DNA of 32,000 bases from Nostoc punctiforme PCC 73102 (GTDB lineage: Bacteria; Cyanobacteriota; Cyanobacteriia; Cyanobacteriales; Nostocaceae): the NCBI RefSeq assembly GCF_000020025.1, contig NC_010628.1, forward strand, positions 7,890,001-7,922,000, read 5' to 3'. Within the stretch, counting starts at the first letter, position 1, and each line of letters opens with the position of its first letter. Below the pieces are notes generated by a model. It did no database searches. It had not been told where the DNA came from and was given only the letters and a program-made list of their open reading frames with translations. A program made the translations under genes and the position numbers. Positions 23,930 to 30,795 of the stretch are shown here, in pieces.

Positions 23930-26714
23930 GAGAAGATGGCTGTTTTGTTGCACGGATTCTAGTCAAAAACATTTGTTGATCGCACCATTCTTTGAGAGCT
24001 TTATTGTCTTGCCAATGATGTTTGAGTTGCTGGATTAGGGTTTTAGAAAGTTCTATAGGCAACCGTTCGATTTTCTTTTGGAGCAGATTTAACTCATGTT
24101 GGATCGAATAGGGCCCAAAACCTCCATCCTGGAAGATTTGGGGTATGCCTTGAGCATATTTTGCAAAGGCAAGATCGTAGTTCGCCTGTTGAAATGCAAC
24201 ATCACCTTCTATCCGTAACATCCGACCAAAGTACAGTTGATAGGTATTTTGATATGACTGGAAGCGATCGCTAAGTTCTCGTGCATAATCTGAAATATGC
24301 TGGTATGCTTTTGCATAATAATCAAACTCTGCTTTCCCTACCAGGCTATCGATGGCATACCGCCTGTCATTGTACTCTAGACTAGTGTGGTAAGAGCGAT
24401 CGTTGAGTTTGAGAGCTTGTTCTTGCAAAGAGCGATCGCACTTTTGAAACCCAAGATGCCAGTAAACACTGGCCGTTTGATGCCAAATTCCAGGCAATTC
24501 CTCTTCCAGTCCATATTTTTCTGCCAGTTTCAGGCTTTTTTCTAAAGCATCTTGAGCCTGACTTAGCACATCTAGATCCCACTTTACCTGTGTTACATCC
24601 CAAACGGCTTCATTTAGTACCTCGGCACTAAACCACTGATTTAAGCCTAAATGAAAGTATGCCCTACACAATATTCGATTATCATCTTCCTCATTATTGC
24701 AACGACTTAATGCTCGTTCAAGTAGCTGTTTAGCTTTAACATAGTTCCCCTCATTTACCGAAATAGTCGCAGAGGCAATTTCAGCGTTGGCAATTTCGCG
24801 TTCAGTCTCTACACTCGCCCACATATCAATAGCAGCCTTAAAACACTGTTCAGACTTAATATAATTTTTTTGTAGACCGTATAAATATCCCAAGTTATTC
24901 TGAATACTAGCCATAACTTGAGTTAAGCCTTTGTTAGGAGTGTCAACTTCCATAGCAGCATCCCAACCTAGTTTGTAATATTTTTCAGCTTCGTTAAAAT
25001 TGTTCAGTTGTCGATACAGATAACCAACTTGGTTCGCTACACCTGGAATAGCAGATGCTAGCTTTTTCTCTTGAACCAGAGATAAACACTTTTGCTGATA
25101 TTTCAAAGCTTCCTCATAAAGATGTAACTTAGCATTCAGCATTCCCAAGACATTGCAAAGGTCTGGTTGATGAGAAGAATTAGAAGATTTATCAGCTAAC
25201 ATAGCTTCTAATTTTTTCACTTCATTTTCTGTTGTACCCTTGTCTTTAAGGGCGTGGACAAGCTTTGCTTCAAAAATAATCAATTTAAATCTTTGGTCGA
25301 AATTTAGTTGTTTTTCAAACTGTTTTACAACCGCCAATAATTGATTAACAAAGCTGAATTTCTTTGATTGACTGCGTATCGTATTAGTAACTTCATGCCA
25401 AGTTTCAAAGCCGATAGTTGGGTCAGCCTCTAAAGCATTCCATAGCCATCGTCTTGTATTGAATTCTCGCTGCTGTTTTAGTTCTTCAATTAGAAACTCA
25501 ATATTAGCGGCTTTATTATAATTATCAGAATAAAGTTGAACCTCCAATATCCTTTTCTGCGGCCCTAGCTGATAATCTTTTTTCTCAAAATATTTGGATG
25601 CAATCCGACTATCTCGTTTTCTCCATTCAAAATCTGGGTCAATATCTGCCCATACATATTTATTAACCAAGTCTCGCACAATATCATGCAATGCTATTTG
25701 AGAACCACTGATTACTGGTTTGATAAAAAAGTAGCTCTGAGCATCAATAAATAATTTTTGAGCATCTTCTATCGATAGTTCTAATAGATTAGCAATATCA
25801 GAACTATCTAATGGATAAATACGTGAAAGTAACAAGGTTAGCCTATCCATTGATGTCCGAAGCTGCGTAATATGTCGAACCATCTCAGCTTCAAATCCAC
25901 CCGTTTTTTCTAACCTGGCTGGAATAGTTTCTATATCTTCACTCTCTAACCAATCTGGAATAACTTCTCGATAAGCATATTCTACTCCAAATTCAATCAT
26001 AATGGGGCTACCACCAGAAAGAACTATGATCTTTTGAACTAAGTCTTTCCCAAGAGTAAAATGAAGTTGCTCCTCTTTGGAAAGAATGTATGTCTGTACA
26101 TCTTCATGAGTAAATTCATTTAACTCCAAATAAGTTAATTCTGCTTCTGTAAACGATTTTTCCAAAATTTGGCGAGCAATACTAGGGCGGCCTGCTAAAA
26201 TCAATACGGCATTATCTAGTTGCTGGCATAGATTACCAATATATTCCCAAACTTCCGCTCTTCCCTCTGCTTGTCCTAACTTCTCAACTGTATCAATTAA
26301 AAATACTAATCTCTTTTGTTTAGATTTTCGATTAATTTCATCGACTAAAAACTTTTCAAGTTGTCTGCGTTCTTCTTGGTATGCAGTTTGACTGAGGTGG
26401 TTTTCATCTTCTCGTAGTTGTCGTAATCGGAGCAGCCATTCTTGATATGTATTCTCATACAATTGCTTAGCGATTTGAGTGCATAAATCTTCTGCATCGT
26501 TAAAAACAGGAGTATCGCAATCAATAATTTCACTTGTTCCAATGTTTACTTGATTGAGGCGGTTTTGTAATTCATTAAGCAACCAAGTTTTGCCAATTCC
26601 GCCTCTACCCTCCACCAAAACAACATGAAGCTTATTAGCTTTTTGAACAAGGGTAATAATTCGATTTAGATGTTCTTCACGACCAACAAACTCTAATTTA
26701 TCTATTTCAGACAT
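23922..26714 (-). CDS. STAND-class P-loop NTPase (AAA_16/NB-ARC-like) with a C-terminal TPR repeat array
   Basis: 930 aa. FVGREEHLNRI precedes the Walker A GRGGIGKTWLL. Walker B is RLVFLIDTVE and the GxP-like motif is LSGGSPIM. From about residue 520 there are TPR-like units (NVLGMLNAKLHLYEEALKYQQKCL, NQVGYLYRQLNNFNEAEKYYK, NNLGYLYGLQKNYIKSEQCFKAAI and others). AGGAG sits upstream of the ATG. Confidence 0.8.
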   Translation of the reverse strand: MSEIDKLEFVGREEHLNRIITLVQKANKLHVVLVEGRGGIGKTWLLNELQNRLNQVNIGTSEIIDCDTPVFNDAEDLCTQIAKQLYENTYQEWLLRLRQLREDENHLSQTAYQEERRQLEKFLVDEINRKSKQKRLVFLIDTVEKLGQAEGRAEVWEYIGNLCQQLDNAVLILAGRPSIARQILEKSFTEAELTYLELNEFTHEDVQTYILSKEEQLHFTLGKDLVQKIIVLSGGSPIMIEFGVEYAYREVIPDWLESEDIETIPARLEKTGGFEAEMVRHITQLRTSMDRLTLLLSRIYPLDSSDIANLLELSIEDAQKLFIDAQSYFFIKPVISGSQIALHDIVRDLVNKYVWADIDPDFEWRKRDSRIASKYFEKKDYQLGPQKRILEVQLYSDNYNKAANIEFLIEELKQQREFNTRRWLWNALEADPTIGFETWHEVTNTIRSQSKKFSFVNQLLAVVKQFEKQLNFDQRFKLIIFEAKLVHALKDKGTTENEVKKLEAMLADKSSNSSHQPDLCNVLGMLNAKLHLYEEALKYQQKCLSLVQEKKLASAIPGVANQVGYLYRQLNNFNEAEKYYKLGWDAAMEVDTPNKGLTQVMASIQNNLGYLYGLQKNYIKSEQCFKAAIDMWASVETEREIANAEIASATISVNEGNYVKAKQLLERALSRCNNEEDDNRILCRAYFHLGLNQWFSAEVLNEAVWDVTQVKWDLDVLSQAQDALEKSLKLAEKYGLEEELPGIWHQTASVYWHLGFQKCDRSLQEQALKLNDRSYHTSLEYNDRRYAIDSLVGKAEFDYYAKAYQHISDYARELSDRFQSYQNTYQLYFGRMLRIEGDVAFQQANYDLAFAKYAQGIPQIFQDGGFGPYSIQHELNLLQKKIERLPIELSKTLIQQLKHHWQDNKALKEWCDQQMFLTRIRATKQPSSHA

Positions 26715-26728
26715 AATAGGCTCCTGAG

Positions 26729-28387
26729 TTAATTATTTTGAATAGCTTCATCAAGCTTATGAATTAAATAGTTATAGGGTGTGTCATTATATTCCTCATT
26801 GTGAAGATAGTAATTTACAAGAAACTGAAATTCCCAGTCATGCTCTACTTCAGATTTAAGCGTAGACAGAAATTCATGGGTTTGCTCTCGGTCTGTATTG
26901 CGGAATATTCCAATAGTTTCTTCAACAGTTTCGTCAAAGAAAGTTTTACGAAGTTCTTTTCGATAAGTCAAACTATCAGTACCAGAATTGATAAATCCAG
27001 CATGTTGCTGAAGACTTTGAAAAAAATACTGCATTGACCAAGTTCCCGCCACCGCAGAATCATTCTTGGATTTAAGCTCGTGAACATATTCCCAGCAAAT
27101 TTGAGCTGCTTCGCTACAAAGCTTTTGAAAGCTATCAGGTGAGCTTTCTCGGAGAAGGCCAATAACTAGCAGCCGACGGGTCATTCCATCTTTGATAATT
27201 GTTTTATCACGAGTAAAAATTGATGTCTTTGTCAGTTCGGCGTTTAATTTAAAGCTATCATCACTAAAAGGTAACTGAAATCTTCTAACGGCTTCCTTTA
27301 ATATCCAATTTCCATTTAGTATAGGAAATATACTAAGTTTTTCAATAGATTCGTATAGATTATTGTTTTCTTTTGTCAAGCTTTCTTTAATCTGATCTCT
27401 ACAATGTTTGAGGGTTTTTTCCCATAATTTGCTACCATAAGTTTTTAAAAACAAATTAACTGTGTAACCACCACTTCGATAAACTTTTAGGGCTTCAGCA
27501 ATCCCCCCTGGATGTCCGCCAGTTAGATAAAGTAAGTGTCCTGCTAGTAGTGCAAGACTTTCAGAGGTCATCTCAATCGGCTTGAGATATTTGGTCGCTG
27601 TATCTTGAATAACTTCCCAGTTAAAAGGTGAGAGAATTAGTTTAGGAAGAATCCGATCTGGAGGAAGATCGGTAAGACAGCGAGCTGCAATTACAACTCG
27701 AAGACTCTTGGAATTATCTTTAAAGAATTGTAATTCTTTCAAACAATTTTCAATTCTCCATCCTAATTCTTTAAGCTGAACAAAAATTTCACTTAAACGT
27801 TGTTTTTGTGGGGCATTTCCATCCAGATCGATTAGCAATACAATACCTTTTTGCCCCTGCGATTGCCACCTAGCCCAATTTCTATGTAATAATAAACCTA
27901 AGCGTTCTCCCCAAGGCAACTCATTCCCTTCTTCAATCTTTAGACTGAGAGAATTAGCTAATTCTTTTTCTAAGTCTTCAATATTTTGATCGCCGGACAT
28001 GGAAGCATAAGCGCAACACCATTGTAATTCTTGAAAGCGCTTCTGGATCTGTTTGAGAAATTCGGTTTTTCCGTAACCTTTAGGAGCCGTTATCAAACGA
28101 TAAGTAGGAGAATTATTTGCTGTAATATCACTAATTGCAGCATCCCGATTAGTAAATGGTATTTTATCAGGATCAACTTGCTCTAGAGTTTCTTGATTTA
28201 GCTGGCTTAACTCTGATTCAGCTTTTTCTATTTCCTTAAATTTATTCTCAAGTTGCCTTTCTAATTGATCTTTCTGTACATTATTTAGCGTCCACCCTAT
28301 TTGGTTGCTGAGACTTTCAATGTCAGTGGTTAAACGGGCTATTAACTGCTCAAGAGACTTCTTTCGTAAATCTAAGGAATTTTTCAT
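26729..28387 (-). CDS. STAND-like P-loop NTPase with an N-terminal coiled-coil adaptor head and no recognisable repeat sensor
   Basis: 552 aa. Residues 7-63 are heptad-like helix. FTNRDAAISDI precedes the Walker A APKGYGKTEF. Walker B is GIVLLIDLDG and the GxP-like motif is YLTGGHPGGIAEAL. The C-terminal ~200 aa are helical with no family I recognise. Confidence 0.7.
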   Translation of the reverse strand: MKNSLDLRKKSLEQLIARLTTDIESLSNQIGWTLNNVQKDQLERQLENKFKEIEKAESELSQLNQETLEQVDPDKIPFTNRDAAISDITANNSPTYRLITAPKGYGKTEFLKQIQKRFQELQWCCAYASMSGDQNIEDLEKELANSLSLKIEEGNELPWGERLGLLLHRNWARWQSQGQKGIVLLIDLDGNAPQKQRLSEIFVQLKELGWRIENCLKELQFFKDNSKSLRVVIAARCLTDLPPDRILPKLILSPFNWEVIQDTATKYLKPIEMTSESLALLAGHLLYLTGGHPGGIAEALKVYRSGGYTVNLFLKTYGSKLWEKTLKHCRDQIKESLTKENNNLYESIEKLSIFPILNGNWILKEAVRRFQLPFSDDSFKLNAELTKTSIFTRDKTIIKDGMTRRLLVIGLLRESSPDSFQKLCSEAAQICWEYVHELKSKNDSAVAGTWSMQYFFQSLQQHAGFINSGTDSLTYRKELRKTFFDETVEETIGIFRNTDREQTHEFLSTLKSEVEHDWEFQFLVNYYLHNEEYNDTPYNYLIHKLDEAIQNN

Positions 28388-28392
28388 TGCAT

Positions 28393-29280
28393 TTAAATGG
28401 CATTAAGTTCGCTTTCTACTCGACCGAGTTCTTGGAGTATGGTGTTGATTTGGCGCTGAATGATATTGCGATCGCTCGCAGCGAGTGTATAGTTAAGCTG
28501 GTTGTATGCTGCTTCGTAGTCACTGCTTAGAACCTCAAAGCGTTGTTGCAAAGTCTTAATTTTGAGTTGTTGTACCCGGCTGGGGCTATTCTGAGTATGT
28601 GCATTTGATGAAATCGGCAAGGTTATTTCATCCCATGCTTTGCTCAATACGTCCACCGGAATCATGAAAGCAGTCTTGATATCTTCTCGCTGTTTCTCCG
28701 CCGCTACAGCCATACCAACCACTCCTGCAAGGGTTTCATCCCATATAGGCGCACCACTAAAGCCCGGTTCTATCCTGTAGCCAGTTACCTTACTATCTTC
28801 CAATTGCACCCATCCCTTTCCTTGCCCATCTCGCAACACCCCTGTAGACCAAACGCCATCATTGTGCCCGTGAGGAAAACCAAATATGCGGAAAGGATGT
28901 CCCCAAACGTTATTAGCCCAGATGAGCTTAATAGGTTGCGCTTCATGAGGTAATTGTCCTTCTATTTGCAACCCGGCAATATCTTCAGGTTCGGAGGTTG
29001 ATACATTGTTGACAACAGGTTGCCAAAAAACAACTTTAGCTTTTAGTTTTTGCCCTGGTGCAATTAGGGGGAAATCTAAGCAAATATCATGACTAGGAGC
29101 TTCAACTATATCTTCTGGTAAAGATAGAGCCGAAGTAACAACGTGAGCGCATGTCAGGATATAATTTTGACTTCGCCCTGACACTAAAAAACCTACACCA
29201 ACTACCGCACCATTCGGATGAAAAATCCGAGCGATCGCTGATCTAAAAGCTGGAATATAATTATCTGCAATCGATGCCAT
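28393..29280 (-). CDS. Trypsin-like (S1/Trypsin_2) serine protease with a C-terminal ~57-aa helical tail
   Basis: 295 aa. The catalytic triad candidates are His46 (LTCAHVV), Asp100 (PEDIAGLQI) and Ser175 (EPGFSGAPIW). The tail, residues 239-295, reads LKIKTLQQRFEVLSSDYEAAYNQLNYTLAASDRNIIQRQINTILQELGRVESELNAI. Confidence 0.8.
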   Translation of the reverse strand: MASIADNYIPAFRSAIARIFHPNGAVVGVGFLVSGRSQNYILTCAHVVTSALSLPEDIVEAPSHDICLDFPLIAPGQKLKAKVVFWQPVVNNVSTSEPEDIAGLQIEGQLPHEAQPIKLIWANNVWGHPFRIFGFPHGHNDGVWSTGVLRDGQGKGWVQLEDSKVTGYRIEPGFSGAPIWDETLAGVVGMAVAAEKQREDIKTAFMIPVDVLSKAWDEITLPISSNAHTQNSPSRVQQLKIKTLQQRFEVLSSDYEAAYNQLNYTLAASDRNIIQRQINTILQELGRVESELNAI

Positions 29281-29286
29281 ACGTTA

Positions 29287-29628
29287 CTATGCCTTGTCTT
29301 GCTTCCATTTCAAGGTAATTTCGTAGTTAGCTTCACCACCTACAGAAGTGAAAATTGCACCTGCAACAGCATTTAATTTAATACCAAATTTCACCTCTAC
29401 CTCATCGGCAGGTGTATTAAGCTGACTCAGTTTGATGATAATTGCTGAAGCTACAGGTTGTATTTGATCCAATACTTCATCAAATTTCTTTTTAGCTTCA
29501 ACTACTATTTGCCCAGCATCTGGTCTAGCAACACGTACAAGAGAATTGCTATTTTCTGGCTCATCAACTTCAGCTAAAAACTTTGTGCCATCTTCTAGAG
29601 AAAACTCTGTTATCTGTTTCCGAATCAT
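29287..29628 (-). CDS. Trypco2-like (trypsin-co-occurring domain / CU044_2847-like) small protein
   Basis: 113 aa from the ATG at 29628; the track start at 29649 is a TTG. The pattern FSLEDGTKFLAEVDEPE...VEAKKKFDEVLDQIQPVA...PADEVEVKFGIKLNAVAGAIF...EANYEITLKW matches my recollection of this family, which sits beside trypsin-like peptidases. The stop lies 6 nt before the protease ATG. Confidence 0.6.
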   Translation of the reverse strand: MIRKQITEFSLEDGTKFLAEVDEPENSNSLVRVARPDAGQIVVEAKKKFDEVLDQIQPVASAIIIKLSQLNTPADEVEVKFGIKLNAVAGAIFTSVGGEANYEITLKWKQDKA

Positions 29629-29764
29629 AGTAAGACCTGTTATTTTCAATTAATAGTTGAATGTGTAAATAATCAAGATATCTTGTCGAAGTTTTTTGGA
29701 GATAATCTTATTTTCATCTAAGAGGTTGTTTTCAAAGTGTTTGGCTGTGCTTTTAAGTACTTCT

Positions 29765-30040
29765 AGATTCCCCCTAACCCCCCTTTTTAAGAGCTACCGT
29801 GTATACACAAGTCGTATTACCCCCCTTAATCCCCCCGATATATTGGGGGGAAATAATATTTCCGGTTCCCTCACCTTTATAAGGGGAGGGTTAGGGTGGG
29901 GTAAAACCTGTGTTCTTCAGCTATTTTCAGACTTGTGTATACACCGTAGCTTTTTAAGAGGGGGGAACCGGAATTAAAGTCCCCTTTTAAAGGGGATTTG
30001 GGGGTATTTAGAACTTTTAATACCGACAAGGGGACTTTTA
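29765..30040. repeat. Composite MITE-like block of nested G-run/C-run hairpins
   Basis: AGCTACCGTGTATACACAAGTC (29792-29813) pairs with GACTTGTGTATACACCGTAGCT (29930-29951) with one mismatch. Internal palindromes include CCCCCCGATATATTGGGGGG (29831-29850), ATTTCCGGTTC/GAACCGGAAT and AGTCCCCTT/AAGGGGACT. The track ORF 29696-29977 merely reads through this block. Confidence 0.75.
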
Positions 30041-30074
30041 AAACATCCTCTAAGTAGTAAGGTGTAAATATAAA

Positions 30075-30137
30075 GTTTGTAGTCAGGACTTTAGTCCTGA
30101 TAAGTCTTGCTATGAGCGATGAATCGCTCCTACGAAC
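30075..30137. repeat. Small structured repeat: an outer stem enclosing two hairpins
   Basis: The outer stem is GTTTGTAG (30075-30082) with CTACGAAC (30130-30137). The inner hairpins are TCAGGACT/AGTCCTGA (30083-30100) and GAGCGAT/ATCGCTC (30114-30129). Confidence 0.65.
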
Positions 30138-30499
30138 AATGCTTGCTGCAAACTTTTCTTGGTCAATTCTAGAAGTTTGTGAAGTTTCTTAATAAACTGA
30201 CCAACTTTCGGCTGTTTGGGCGTTAAAGCTGTTTGACTCTCATGTAATAGATTTAACAATTAATATATTAATGGTTATATTAGTTATATATGGACTCTAA
30301 CTTCAATTAGTAATTATACTGAGTTAAACTCTGGCAAGGAAACTAAGGTATAGTGCAAGCCTAGGAGTTTCAAGTAGTTTTTAGCCTTGCATTTCGAGTC
30401 TTAGCGGGTTTAGTAATACTCTTTAATTAAGGCAAAAGATGCGATTTATCGGGTTTTTGTGATGTTTATAGCAATCCTGAATCATTGCTGATAAACACA

Positions 30500-30530
30500 G
30501 ATCCCCGACTTCTTAAAGAAGTCGGGGATC
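30500..30530. repeat. Perfect 31-nt palindrome
   Basis: GATCCCCGACTTCTTAAAGAAGTCGGGGATC has 15-nt arms. It resembles dispersed Nostoc-type hairpin repeats. Confidence 0.85.
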
Positions 30531-30795
30531 TGGGGGTTGCAATTCTTACAAATCAAATAGGATCGCTACTGAACGGCGCGATCGCACTGTGAAATTATGT
30601 ACGTACTGTTCAATATGCTTGTGTGGAAATGATAAATACTTACAGCATAAGAGTTTCAGCAATGATAGTCGAATGAGCGTTAGCGTAGCTCATCGTAGAC
30701 ATCGCTTGAATAAGTAGACGCATAAACTATCATTTGGAATGCAAAAATATAGGTGTTGGAAAAAAATAAATTTTTCCAATTTGGCAAACAATCCA

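Noticed and set aside
22439-23953. rSAM gene as a prokaryotic viperin-like nucleotide-modifying defense enzyme
   Set aside because: Viperins are ~300 aa and lack SPASM auxiliary-cluster motifs and RRE-like N-termini. This ~500-aa protein has a full Cx2Cx5Cx3C SPASM motif, which points to peptide or protein maturase chemistry.
22468-27162. Short ORFs inside the operon (22468-22659, 23745-24038, 24382-24603, 26345-26542, 26801-27037, 26968-27162)
   Set aside because: They are nested in or antisense to the rSAM and STAND genes. I considered them as possible hidden precursor peptides. They have no SD-like signals, and their composition looks like frame-shadow translation of AT-rich DNA.
29696-29977. 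93-aa plus-strand ORF upstream of the operon
   Set aside because: It is an artefact of reading through the nested G/C-run hairpin block (poly-Pro/Gly/Leu translation). It has no start context.
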